Origin: Paraspadella gotoi
Lineage: Eukaryota; Animalia; Chaetognatha
Reading direction: 5' to 3'
NCBI GenBank assembly: GCA_051294375.1
Contig: CM119266.1
Coordinates: 24,878,659 to 24,942,658, forward strand
Length of the DNA stretch: 64,000 nt
The position numbers and the translations under genes were made by a program. A model generated the notes under the pieces. That model was not told the origin of the DNA and made no database searches. It saw nothing but the letters and a program-made list of their open reading frames with translations. The number at the start of each line of letters is the position of its first letter. Within the stretch, counting starts at the first letter, position 1. Below, piece after piece: positions 14,085 to 27,137 of this stretch.

Positions 14085-14790
14085 TTCATGCACATTTTAA
14101 AACCAGTTGTATATATTACTATATATTTTGATATATTTATTATCAACATACTTTCAGTCACACAAGATGGACGACAACATTTTGGTTTTAATATATTTAA
14201 CCATATATTACAACAGGGGGCAGGCGGCCACTTGAGTGAATCAGATCTTTATAGAAATAATTCATCCATGGTTGGATTTGAACCATCAAACTCAAGTCTG
14301 AGTGACTCGAGCTACAGCTCTGGGCCACTCAGACGGCCCTGAATTTCTCCAGTGATTTTGTTTTCATTTAAAGCTTTAAATCTCGATTTAGAATCTTTGT
14401 TTTTCTTGTTGTCTGTTCACCAAAAGATGTCTTGGGCGCCATTTGGCGCCAACTTCGTTTTTTCTTTGTTTTTAAAGTTTTAAATAGGTTTAGATTCTCT
14501 AAGGAATCAGGGCCCGTCTGGATGTCTGAGTAGTGTAACTCAGGTCGTCCAGAGCTTGAGTTCGATGGTTCGAATCCCATAAGTGGAGGAATTATTTCTG
14601 TAATAGATTTGATTCACTCGAGTGGCTCCTGCCCCCCTGTTATAATATAGGGGTCTTGAATATTAGAACAAAATAATTGTTGTCGTCTATCTCGAGTGAT
14701 TGAACAGAATGTTGATAAATAATATAGTAATGCTACTAAAATACAATAATATTCACAACCAGGTCTCTGTACTGGTTTAAACATGCAAAA
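14085..14790. mobile_element. Foldback/MITE-like element with ~260-bp imperfect inverted arms carrying a tRNA-like (A/B box) head
   Basis: 14085-14350 is the reverse complement of ~14500-14790. B-box GGTTCGAATCCC at 14567-14578. Central palindrome ttgggcgccatttggcgccaa at ~14432-14451. Confidence 0.6.
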
Positions 14791-14873
14791 ACGTTTTCAA
14801 AATGAAAAATACCAAAGTTACAAAAATTCAAAAAATACCAAAATACATAAAATACTTTATATAATAAGTGTAC

Positions 14874-14944
14874 AATTGACAGTTGGAGCGCGGAGACGGG
14901 AGGAAGACCGAGGATGCCGGGAGAAGAAGCTCCAACTGTCAATT
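14874..14944. repeat. Perfect 16-bp inverted repeat with 39-bp purine-rich loop
   Basis: aattgacagttggagc (14874-14889) and gctccaactgtcaatt (14929-14944). Confidence 0.9.
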
Positions 14945-14989
14945 AGGTCGACAGGGGGGTTTTATTTTTTTATTTTTTTAATATTTATT

Positions 14990-15139
14990 ATTTATTAATA
15001 ATGCGAATTGTAAAAATGATGTAAATTGAAAAAATGATGAGTTGAAAAAATTTTAAAAAATATTTTGATTTATCATCTGATTAGCAGATAAACCGTTTAA
15101 TTATTGTAGGCAGATCCGACATTGTTTGCTCAACTTGTT
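14990..15139 (+). mobile_element. 3' end of Helentron/DINE-1-like element
   Basis: tatcatctgattagc...gtaggcagatccgacattgtttgctcaacttgtt matches 20948-20995 and the reverse complement of 50093-50175. Confidence 0.6.
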
Positions 15140-15292
15140 CCTTCTACTACTAAACCGTTTTTCAATGTAACTTTTTGAAATTAGTTCATTGGGTTGTTGC
15201 ACTGAAGCTTTTAAATATTATTAATAATTTTAAAAATTTGATTTTTTTTAAGAACGGGTTCTTGTAGAGTTAAAGTTAAATGAAGTTAGTAC

Positions 15293-15505
15293 TGTGGACG
15301 AACAACCACAACACGCAACCTCGGTCAAACCATTGACCTTACTTTAACCTTACCCTCGATCGTTTTCCCCCAGTTCCTTTATGGTCAAACCTGACCTTGT
15401 AAATACCATTGTTATAGACTTAGCATCTGAGCCTTTTCATTGTTATCGTTATATTTACTTGTTGAAGAATAATCATTCTTACTCTGAAAACTTGTTCCGT
15501 CCACA
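15293..15505 (+). repeat. 5' LTR (213 bp)
   Basis: tgtggacgaacaa...ttgttccgtccaca with a ~13-bp terminal inverted repeat. Differs from the 3' LTR only by a few single-base indels. Confidence 0.97.
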
Positions 15506-15507
15506 CG

Positions 15508-15522
15508 TGGTGAGCCCCGTGA
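15508..15522 (+). promoter_or_regulatory. Primer binding site, tRNA-Trp-like
   Basis: tggtgagccccgtga lies 2 nt after the LTR and resembles the tRNA-Trp PBS TGGTGACCCCGACGTGA with small indels. Confidence 0.65.
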
Positions 15523-15674
15523 AAAACCAAACAAAACAAAAAAAAAAAAACAAAAAAAAAAAAAAAAACAAACAAAAACTCTCTCAATTCATTTCCTTTT
15601 CTCTCCCCCTTTGATGTCACGCCGACCGAGCATCTTTTCGTCCTCCATCGCCTGCCGACGAAGAAGAAGAGACA

Positions 15675-18600
15675 ATGCCAGTAACGACGCGCAATGCCTC
15701 TCATTCCGACGGCGCCGGCCACGACGAGGCGTTCCACGACGCCACCCCCTCCACATCCACAACATCTCTCGAAAATAAAATTGAAAAAACTTTTTCAAAA
15801 TGTTTTACGACAATGAATGAAAAACTCGCCTCAATCACTGAGAGACCTAATCCTCCTTCAGCAAGACGCAAGCACCGCGTCACGGATTTGCCCTCCCCCA
15901 GCGGAAGACAATGGCGCCGGCGACGCCGCCGCCCTCGCCCTCCATCGACGCCCTACAAGAAGTCGGAATCCAACCTGACGTCTTTTGACCCCGACACTAC
16001 ATCGAAGAGTGTTGGACCACACCTCGTGGAATTCGGCGCCACCGGCGTACCAATCCGGCGGAGAAGAAGGCGCAAATTCTCAGTGCCATCCCATCTCACG
16101 CCCACCGGCTGATTCCTCACGCCTTGCGCATTGACGAAGGTCCCAACGCCCACAGCAACCTCGTCGCCCATCTGAAAGACATATATGGTGAAGATGCCAA
16201 CAGGCGCCGCTGCAAAGGCGTTGAAGATGACGTCATTGAAGGGCGTCACTCCTTCTCACACCTTTCTGCAATTGACGCCGTCCTCGAAGCGCTCACCATC
16301 GACCATATCAAGGCCGCCATCTTGGCTGCCTCCTTCCTCAGAGCGTGAGAGAACACGCCGTCAGGAAGGACAAGAAGCCCGTCGACATCGCCAAAGACGC
16401 TGATGAGTTTTTCCTTCCTTCTGGTCAACTCCGGCAGCTCCGAGCGCGCGCTCAACATCGGTGAACGCCGTCACCTCCATCGCAGGTCACAGTGGACGAG
16501 CCACTGGAAACGCCAAATGAATCAACTGACGCCGACGATGCCGCTTTCTCTTATGCTAACGCAGTCCGCCGACCGCCGCCGCGCTCATCGCAACGCCCAT
16601 TTTCTCAGCAGCGCGACAACCGCAGCAGCGCACGCAGCAACAGCGCCGCCCAATCTTGACGCCCCGATCCCCTCCACACCAGCGAACCGCCTATGGGTGA
16701 ATCCAAGTGTTTTTACCACTACAACTTTGGCACAACGCTTTCAAATGCCATGGAACTAACCGAGATGGCGACGCCATGCCGAGGCGCCGTCAAACGCCAA
16801 CGCCGGCGGCCGCTAGTCGCCCGCGTCGCCGGCCAAAAACGACTCCTAAACTCTTTCTCGTGCGCGACCCGGACGCGGCCTGGAGTGGCTCGTCGACGGT
16901 GGCTCGGAGGCGACGCTCATACCGCCCTCTGCAGCTGACCGCGCCTTCCGCTAAAGCAAATCCTGCCGCCGTCGAGGCGGCGCTCGCCGCCGCCAACGCC
17001 CCGCCACTCCGCGCCGCAACGACACGCCCATCGAAACTTTTGGCATCCGAGAAATGGGCATTCGACTTTGGAAAACGCGTTTTTCCATATCTCGTCATCA
17101 TTGCCGACGTCGCCACGCCCATTCTCGGCGCTGACTTCCTGATGGAACACCATCTCGGCGTCGATCACAACGCCGTATCCTCCTCGACCTCGACGACTAT
17201 ATGGTCATCTCTCTGGCCATGCCACGACGCCGCCTCAGCCACGGCGCCGCCGCCCGTGTTTTTACACGTCCGCGATGCCTACTCCGCGCTTCTTGACGAG
17301 CGACCGAACTTACGAAACTCGTCTTTAACTGGGCGCCGCCCAAGCACGGCGTCGAGCATCACATCCAACGAAAGGTCCGCCCGTCTTCGCCGCCGCTCGC
17401 CGCCTCGCCCCCGATCAACTTGCCGCTGCCCAAGGCCGAGTTCCAGAAGATGGTGGGAACTCGGGATCATCGCGCGCTCAACTTCCGCTTGGCGTCGCCG
17501 CTCCACGTCACTCGGAAACCGCGACGGCTCTCTTCGTCCGTGCGGCGACTACCGGCGCTCAATGGCGTCACCGTCGATGACCGCTACCGCCATCCGCCAT
17601 CTGATGGACTTTAACGCCGACGTCGCCGGAAGACGGTCTTCTCAAGATATTGACTTATGCAAAGGGTATCATCAGATCCCTGTAGCAAAAAAGAAGATCG
17701 TCATAAAACGGCAATCATCACGCCGTTTGGCCTTTACGAGTTTACTGAGCCCTTCGGCTTGAAGAATGCTGGCCAGGACTTCCAGCGCAATGATGGATCA
17801 AGTCCTAGCGGCATACCCACGTCTTTGTTTATTTAGACGATCTCCTCGTCGCATCTCACTCTCATGAGGAAACACCAAGAGGACCTCAAACGTGTCCTCA
17901 AACGCCTCGCCGACAACGGCCTTATCGTCAATCGCGCCAAGTGCGTCTTCGGCGCCCTCCAGCTCTGGAGTTCCTTGGCTACACCGTCGACAAAGATGGC
18001 GTCCGCCCCCCTTCCGGCCAAAAGTAGAGGCGCTGCGGGAAATGGCAACGCCCTACTTCCGTTAAGGAACTGCAACGCTTCCTCGGAGTTTTTAATTATT
18101 ACCCCGCTTCGTTCCTCACGAGCCGCCCATCATCTCGATCCGCTCTTGAAGTTCTTCGCGGAAAACCGCGCGCTGCTCATAGAGTGGGAGCGCCACAACG
18201 CGCCTTCAAGGCAATCAAGGATGCTCTCGCCGACTCCACCATGCTGGTCCACCCGATCGACGGTGCTCCCCTTGCACTTACTGTCGACGCCTCTGACGTC
18301 GCCGTTGCGCCCGTCCTGGAACAGCTCGTCAACGGCCAATGGCAACCCCTTGGATTCCATTCCAAGCCGCTGAAGCCAAACCCAGCGCAAATGGCCGCCC
18401 TTCGACAAGGAGCTTTCTCGCCGCCCATGCCTCGATCCGCCATTTCCGCCCATACGTCGAAGGACGCCGTTTCACGCTCTTCAGCGACCATAATATCGCT
18501 CGTGCCGGCGCTCAGGAAGAAGGCAGAACCTCACACCATGAGACAGACCTACCAGTTAGCAGGCATCGCCGAGTACACCGGCGACATTCGGCATATCGCG

Positions 18601-20043
18601 GGAAAGGCGAACGTCGTCGCCGACGCCCTCTCCCGCCCACCAACGTCCCACGCCAGCGCCGCCACCGTCGCCATTCCACGCGGATCAACCCAAGCCAATC
18701 TCAAACTTGCATAAAAGCACGTGACGACATCGCCGCCACCGTCAACGCCGTTGCGCCCTTCAAGTTAACTTGAGGCAATGGCCGCCGATCAAGTCGGCGA
18801 CGACGATGTCCAACGCCTTGTCAACGACCTCATACGGCGCTTCGCCTCAAAAACGTCCCCATCAACAACACGACGCTCATCTGCGATATCTGGCTCCCCG
18901 GGCACGCCCACTCGTTCCGGCGTCATGGCGCCGACGCGTTTTCGATGCCACCCATGGATCGCTCACCCGGGAGTTCGTGCATCCAAAAAACTTTGTCACG
19001 ACGCGCTTTGTGTGGCCATCAGTCTCTTCCGATGTCGCACGATGGGCGGCGTCGTGCGACACCTGTCAGCGCGCCAAGACGCAGCGCCACGTCCGCGCGC
19101 CTCTCAAACAGTTTGAGCCACCGTCTAAACGCTTCGCGCACGTGCACATCGACCTCGTTGGGCACTGCCAGCTGTCTCCGGTCACACGCATCTTCTGACA
19201 ATGATAGACGCTTTACGCGCTGGCCGGAAGTGGCGCCACTCCGTGACACATCCGCTGCCTCCGTCGCCGCCGCCTTCTTACAAAATTGGGTCTCCCGCTT
19301 TGGCGTTCCTTCCGTCGTCACCACTGATCGCGGCGCCAATTCACGTCGGAATTGTGCGCCAAGTGGCGGCGGTAGTCGGCTTCGATCCTTCAACCACGAC
19401 CGCCTATCACCCCCAATCCAATGGGATGGTCGAAACGTCTCCATCGAACACTAAAGGCGGCCCTTCGCGCCCGCTGCGACGCTGCGGACATAACTGGTTG
19501 GCGCAGCTTCCGTGGACCCTCTGGAGTCTCCCGCGCAACTCCGCGAGAAGATTCGGACGCCTCCCTGCAGATTAACGTTTGGGAGACGTTGACGCTCCCT
19601 GGGAGCTACTTCCGGTCCCGGCAACCGATGTTGACGCCGCCGCCCGCGCACGGCATCCTCGATGGTCTCCGAGCAGACGTTGCATTCATTGCAGCTCTGC
19701 CCGCCGCATGGCATACGGCCCTGCCTCCTCACGTCCCGGAAACGCTCGCCGACGCCGACCGCGTCTACGTACAGACGCGACGGCCATTCGACGCCACTTT
19801 CAACCGCCATACGACGGCCTTACGATGTACGCGAACGAGGCCCAAAAACATTTAAAATCGAAATCCCGGGTCGCGGCATCGAGGTTATCTCTGTTGATCG
19901 TCTCAAAACCGGCCGTCAATGACGAAAGTCGCGCCTCCAGATCCTCCGCAAGCGCGCCCACGAAGGCCGACCTCGTGCCCTCGGCCGCCTCCGCCCACAC
20001 CCCCGCCTCGGAAACGGATGCGGCACCACTCGCGTCCACATGA
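15675..20043 (+). pseudogene. Gypsy gag-pol polyprotein, frameshifted in this assembly
   Basis: Gag C-x-YH-x-x-FG motif (~16705). Protease [36 protein letters not shown] and YLDD (17830-17841). RNase H LTVDASDVAV and HIAGKANVVADALSR. Integrase HPG..CDTCQRAK, FAHVHIDLVG, RFTRWPE, VVTTDRG and AYHPQSNGMVE. Many 1-bp frameshifts. Confidence 0.92.
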
Positions 20044-20200
20044 CGCCGCAAGTTGCTCGTCGACAATCATCATCGATTCCCGATCTTTTCAACGTTCTTC
20101 CGACGATGCTACAGCCGCCGGAAGACGACGACGAAAACGACGACGCAGTTCAATGACTCTCAGACTTCTCCCCATCCGGTCAAAGCCTTGGTGGGGGATG

Positions 20201-20415
20201 TGTGGACGAACAACCACAAACACGCAACCTCGGTCAAACCATTGACCTTACTTTAACCTTACCCTCGATCGTTTTCCCCCAGTTCCTTTATGGTCAAACC
20301 TGACCTTGTAAATACCATTGTTATAGACTTAGCATCTGAGCCTTTTCATTGTTATCGTTATATTTACTTGTTGAAGAATAAATCATTTTACTCTGAAAAC
20401 TTTGTTCCGTCCACA
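20201..20415 (+). repeat. 3' LTR (215 bp)
   Basis: Direct repeat of 15293-15505, contains AATAAA, followed by TSD GTAC. Confidence 0.97.
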
Positions 20416-20539
20416 GTACTATAATTTTTTCAAATTTTGACAAATATTTGAAATATTAATAAATTATTAATAAAACAACAAATTTTAAAAGTTGTATTAT
20501 AACCTTTATCTAACTTTTAAAGCTCTATCAGAATCGAAA

Positions 20540-20995
20540 TTGTGCCAGTGGAAATGAGTTTAGATGGAAAAAACATAAGTCACATTTACTTGAATCTTTA
20601 ATTTAATGATTACTATAAAATGTTTTTAATTAATTAATTATAATTAATGTGAAAAAATGATGCAAGTTAAAAAATTCTTAAAAGCATAAAGATCGTCGCA
20701 ATTGCATAAAAAGAGAGAGAAGGAGAGAGAGAGAGAGAGAGAGAGAGTGAAGAGAGAGAGAGAAAGGAGAATAAAATAAAATAGAGGATATTTGTTTTTG
20801 ATAAAATGTAAAACAAAACATATTTAATAACTGTCCTTACCCAATTTTAAGGACATTGATGATGATAAGCTGAATATAAATTTAAAATTAATTATTACAT
20901 ATTAAATGTATTAATTAATTAATTAATCGATTAATTAATTAATTAATTATCGTAGGCAGATTAGGCAGATCCGACATTGTTTGCTCAAACTTGTT
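20540..20995 (+). mobile_element. Helentron/DINE-1-like element, 3' portion
   Basis: 20540-20705 matches ~7830-8065. Ends with subterminal gcagatccgac, a short hairpin gtttgctcaaac and ttgtt. Confidence 0.6.
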
Positions 20996-21540
20996 ATATA
21001 CTATTGAAAACTTTTCTGTGTTAGGTTTCTAAGTTAAAATATTTTTCTAGTTTAAAAGGTAAATTATCTCGCTGATCCTCGGGGGAAAAAAAAAAGACGG
21101 GAGAAAACAACAAAAAAAAAGGAAGAATGAAAAAAAAAAAAAAATTTTATTGTTTTGTAAAATCGAATTAATCTCAGCATCGGTGCAAGATAAATGACGA
21201 GTCATGTTGGAAAACGAATGCCTTAGAGATGATATCGACTACCAAAGCGAGTGCGATAGAGATGATATAGAAGACTAAAACCTTTTAAAATTTAACAATA
21301 ACAAACAAGTAGAAAGAATAGGGGAATGTTGCCTAACCACTGGTACCAGGTAACCTTTGCGCGTCGCTTTTTCTATAACCCTATTTCTTCAGATTGCATC
21401 TTTTTTTATTCTCGGACGGCGTCGTCTGCATCGCAACCATTGTAGCCAATTTCCGCTCTTGCGTCACCCCTTACCCTTGCTGCACATTTTCCGCGCCAAT
21501 CTAAGTTTTGGATCTTCCCGCGCAATCGCTTTTCTTTCTT

Positions 21541-21631
<91 letters not shown>

Positions 21632-22281
21632 CTCTTTCTTTCTCTTTCTCTCCCTCTTTCTCTCTTTCCCTCTCTCTTTCTTTCTCTTCTTCTTTCTCTT
21701 TCTCTCTCCGGCACCGATAAGGGAAATAAGAAAGAAAAACCGTTACATTAGTGTAAACTTGGTTAAATATAGGCGCGGGGAATCGTTACATCTTACGGTC
21801 AATAAATTAGGCTGCGAGACCCTTTCTCCTGATTGAGGTGGTGTCGGTGGGACGGTGGAAAAGGTAGAACAGAATTCGAATTTAATGTAAACTTGTAGAA
21901 TATTATTCAAAGTTCAAAAACGTCTCAGTTTCTTAGTCAAGATACAACTTTCAAATCGCAAACAAGTTTTGAAAGAACTAAAAATTGTAGATTAATGAAA
22001 AGGCATGGTACTTTTTTGAAATAAGTCACTCTCAATGTCTTAAGAATAGTGTATTAAATTTAGCCAGAAGAAGTAGCAGCATAGCAGTAGTGATAGTAGT
22101 AACAATTATGGTAATATAAGTTATTATATGAGTCATATATATAGATATTATTAGAAAGTGGATAAGTGGAAAACCTCATTGGTGGTTACTTCTCAAGCGC
22201 CGTCGAGTGGCGCGAGCGTCTTGGCTCGTAAATTGACAGAGACGGATCTGAGAGACAAATGGAAGGTGATTGTGAACCCGG

Positions 22282-22347
<66 letters not shown>

Positions 22348-22743
22348 ATCGAGATAAGAATGAAAGAATCTTGGATCTTGTTTCAATGTAGAAATTTCAT
22401 TTAAAAGAGAAATAACACAACTTGGTTGTCACTTGTCCATGTTACGAGACTCAATGTCGATGTTGCGAAACTCAATGTTGCAAACATCATTTAAAATATC
22501 ACTGTTTTTTCATTAGCGGACTCACCATTTCTCCGGTTCGGTCCCTACTCGTTCCAACTCTTTTTCTCATCTCTCCCTCTCTCTCTGTTCTCTCTCTCTC
22601 TCTGTCTCAATCTCTGTCCGTCTCTCTCTCTCCCCATTTCCATTTTGTTTCATGGATGCTCTTCATTGAAACTTTTATCGCCTTCGACCGACGCCTTTTG
22701 TTTTGCTCCAAGTTTATACCGCCCCCTCTTAATTACTTTGACC

Positions 22744-22816
<73 letters not shown>

Positions 22817-23574
22817 CTTCTCCATCCTCGCTTCTTTGTCCATTTAACTTGTTTTAGTTTAATTCAATTAACCAGAAACAATCGCGCGAAGGGACAAGGG
22901 GAATGAAGGAAGCCCGATGCCTCTGGAAATTGGAATGGAGGGAGAAACGAAGATGAAGAGGAAAGAGAACGACGACGACGACGACGACGACGACGCCCGT
23001 CGTTGTTACGACGAGAGTCATTCTCATCATCACAATTTAAGAAATTCCTCTTTCATTTGAATCTCATTAAACTCAAAGGCTTAATTGAGGAAATGCTTAA
23101 AAAACTCTCCTTCCCCTTCCTCTTCCTCCTCCTCCTCCTCCTCCGCCTTCTCTCGCTCCTCCTCTTCCCCCACACCATTCCGAGTCATCAATTCCAGATT
23201 GTTTGAATAAAAACCCAGTTTGAAATGGGCATGAAAAGAGCTAAAAAACAAAGCCGCTCTGCTCGTCTTAAAGAACTAAGAGATTGGATCCGAGAAAACT
23301 TTACTTTTTTTTTTTAGGTGCCGAGAGAAATGTTTTCTATTTATTAAAACAAAAAACAAACGAGAAAAAAATTTATTTTCTGTGAGTCCGATGTGAAATC
23401 ACGAAAAAAATGTGAGTCACGTTGTTTCACGATCACCCTGTTTCTCTCCTCTCCTTTCTTCTTTTCAGTCATTTGCATAAACGTTTGAATATTTTTCCCC
23501 TTTTTTTTTCTGGTTTTTTTTTCGCAGAAAAATCGTTCATTTGTCCAAGTTTCTCTTTTTTTCTATCTCAGTCT

Positions 23575-23577
23575 TTT

Positions 23578-23669
<92 letters not shown>

Positions 23670-23690
23670 TTTTTCTTTCTTTCTTTCTTT
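23575..23690. repeat. (TTTC)n tetranucleotide microsatellite
   Basis: Direct observation. Others at ~2875-2940 and (GAAA)n at ~25000-25095. Confidence 0.97.
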
Positions 23691-23874
23691 TCCTTCCCCC
23701 AATTCACCCTCTCCTCTCTCTCCCTTTCTCTTTCTTTCTGAATGAGTTGAATTTCTCATGAACCACAATAACTAAATGTCTCTTCCAATTAGTCAAGTTT
23801 CAGTTTTTCGACGAATAAGAATTAAAACGCCCATTTTTGTTCTCATACATTTCTTCGTGCACACTATTTGCAGA

Positions 23875-23943
<69 letters not shown>

Positions 23944-24308
23944 TCTCTCTCTCTCTCTCTGTACTAGATAGCTGACAAACTTTTAACTTCGAACTGTTAA
24001 CGGACGATACGATTGAATATCGCCATGAAAATGCCGATGATACAGAAGCGAGTCCACAGTATCAGCTTTAAAGGATTCAATTTTCATCCAACCGCCCTTC
24101 CTTTCTCCTCACCCTGCAACTCACCCTCTCGTCTCCCAGCTCGACGCCCACCCCTACCCACCCCCCCTCGGTCTCCCATCAACGACGGGACTGCGGTGCC
24201 ATTTACCCGCAGCAATTAGTACCACTTGAGAATGTATGGGCCATCTTATGGGACAACTTATGGGTCTTTCTTAGGGCCCCCGACTCCTTTCTTACAGAGC
24301 GCGGATCG

Positions 24309-24362
<54 letters not shown>

Positions 24363-24680
24363 TGAATTTTAAGAACGGCCGTCAACAATGAAAACGATTC
24401 TTGCAGACACAATTATGCTTTTTTCGTCGTTGAAAACAGAACCAAAAAAAAAAGTGAAGGGAGAAAGAAATTCGAATAAGATTCGCGCCGAATTTATTTC
24501 CATCATTTTTCTTCTCTCCTTCTCTTCTTCTTCTTCTTCTTCTTCTTTCTCCTTCTCCTCCTTCCCTTCCTTCCTCCCCGAACCAACGGTATCCCCAATT
24601 AAGTCTCCTCTCAACGGAATGCTCATTAAGTGTCTAAAAATCAAGGGGTCAGCAACAAAATGAAAATGGATCACATCAGG

Positions 24681-24732
<52 letters not shown>

Positions 24733-25000
24733 GAGAGTGAGAGAGAGAATCCTGTGAGTTGGAAGAGAAGAAAGGTATAAATAGAGAAACCCTAAAATTG
24801 TACAAAAACTTTCCGCTATTATTTCATTTTATTTTTATTTCACATTTTATTTCACATTTGTTTTATACTCTCTCATTTTCTGGCGGTTTTTCTCTCTCTC
24901 TCTCTCAATTCATGACACTCTCTCTCCCCTTCTCTTCGATGACTGACAGTTGGTGAAAAATCGAGGGTCATCGGCGTCTTCGTCCTTGTCGGTGAAAGAG

Positions 25001-25091
<91 letters not shown>

Positions 25092-27029
25092 AAAAAGAAA
25101 GAGGGAAAGCAAGAGATACGTAAAGAGAGAAAGTTAGAAAGGAAGACAAGAAAAAATTAAGAAAGAATAAAAGCGAGGAATTAAAAAAAATAGAAAAAAA
25201 AGACAGATACAAGGAAAGGGAGAAATTATAAGTAGAAAGAAAGAAAGCCAGAAAGGCAAAAGAGATAAACGAAGTAAAAGTTGTAAAAAATTAGCAAGAA
25301 AGAAACAAAATAACCGAATGTAGATAAAAAAGAAAAGACAGAATCTCAGAAAGCCAGAAAGACAGTAAGACATATGGAAAGAAAGAAGCAAAAAATCGTG
25401 GAAAATGATTTGACGACGACGTTTGGGTGATAGACTGTTATGGGGCTCTTCATTCATCATGTACGGGGAGAGAGACCGAGAGAGAATCGAGCGAAAGGGT
25501 AGCCAAGACTCTTCTTCCTCTTTGTCGGGTTTTGTATAATTTATTCTTTAACATTTCGAAGGCCCTCGGCGATCGAGAGGCCTCGAGGAAAGGAAGGGCG
25601 GAAGGGGAAAAGAAAGGATAAAGAAAACGGAGGAAAGGAAAGGAACTTCTTTCCCCCGGGAGTTTCGAGCTCGTTTAACATTTATAACGACGAAGCTTGC
25701 ATGAAATAATGGTGGGTCAAAATTTTTTACAAAAATATGTACCAAATCAGTTGTGTTAAAAATCAAACGAGGAAAAATTATTAATTTAAATCCAGGTGGT
25801 TACAATTTGTGGTCAACCACCGATCACGAGTTTGGCCAAATAAACTACATAGAATCACTAATGGGAATTTTTTTTTTATTTTCATTTAAATTGATCTGAC
25901 CATTTTATACATTAAGAAAATGGTAAAATAATTGAAGCGTACACTCATCACTGTAAACACTAAACAGTACTCTAACTCGTGACTTTTTTTGACGCTGTTC
26001 ACGTCGATGACGTTCGAGACGATTGACGAACGACGCCGGAAATATGAGAAGACCAAAGGCGGCGTCAAACTCGGCGCCGTCAAAGGGAAATCATTTGGAC
26101 GAGTCGTTTATCACTTCGTCGTCGATTGATGATTTATTACTCGATCGATCTTTGCCTTCTTGAGTTTCGTTCGTCAGTTATTTTAGTGATAACTTAAATA
26201 ACTTTAAATATATCATGTGTTTGATAATTTTAAAGTCGTCTCTTTATTTTTTTTAATTTCTTTTTGTTTTTTTCTTTTTTTTTATCAACGAAACTTAATT
26301 TTCATTAATCTCTGAAATCAAAGTCTCTCTCTCTCTCTCTCNNNNNNNNNNNNNNNNNNNNNNNNNNNNNNNNNNNNNNNNNNNNNNNNNNNNNNNNNNN
26401 NNNNNNNNNNNNNNNNNNNNNNNNNNNNNNNNNNNNNNNNNNNNNNNNNNNNNNNNNNNNNNNNNNNNNNNNNNNNNNNNNNNNNNNNNNNNNNNNNNNN
26501 NNNNNNNNNNNNNNNNNNNNNNNNNNNNNNNNNNNNNNNNNNNNNNNNNNNNNNNNNNTAGTATGAACGGGTTCGAGTAAAACTGCTCTGGAAAACTACA
26601 ATCGTTAGTCTGGGTCAAATAAATTCATGAGAGAGAGAGGAGAGAGAGAGAGGAGAGAGAGAGAAGAGAAGAGAGAGAGAGAGAGAAGAAAGTTTCTTTT
26701 CTGATGATTTTAGCGAAAAGTGATGGATTCTTTCCCATATTTGTCCCAATGTCTTCTCATTGACGATTTCGACGGAAAAATGAAGAATTGGCGCCCATTC
26801 GAGGCGCCCATTTGCGGTGGCGGGCGTAAGGGGGTGCGGGAGGGGGGCGAGACCGGCGCCGATCGCGTCGTCCCATATTTCCCAAACCCATATTTGTCTC
26901 GCGAATTCTTACTAAGGAAATTCCCTTTCTCGCTCTCCGACGGGATAGAAAGAGAGAGAGAGAGAGGGAAAATGAAGGAGTGTGAGAAAAATGTGAATAT
27001 AATAAAAATCGACGGGTATGAGTTAAAAC

Positions 27030-27137
<108 letters not shown>

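Larger units (their letters stand above)
15293..20415 (+). mobile_element. Full-length Ty3/Gypsy LTR retrotransposon (~5.1 kb), recent insertion
   Basis: Two TG...CA LTRs, 4-bp TSD GTAC (15289-15292 and 20416-20419), PBS, PPT (ggtgggggatg, 20190-20200), and domain order gag-PR-RT-RH-INT. Confidence 0.97.

Noticed and set aside
14510-14590. Possible tRNA gene (GGTTCGAATCCC)
   Set aside because: No convincing cloverleaf or acceptor stem, and it is embedded in a multicopy repeat, so treated as a SINE-like head.
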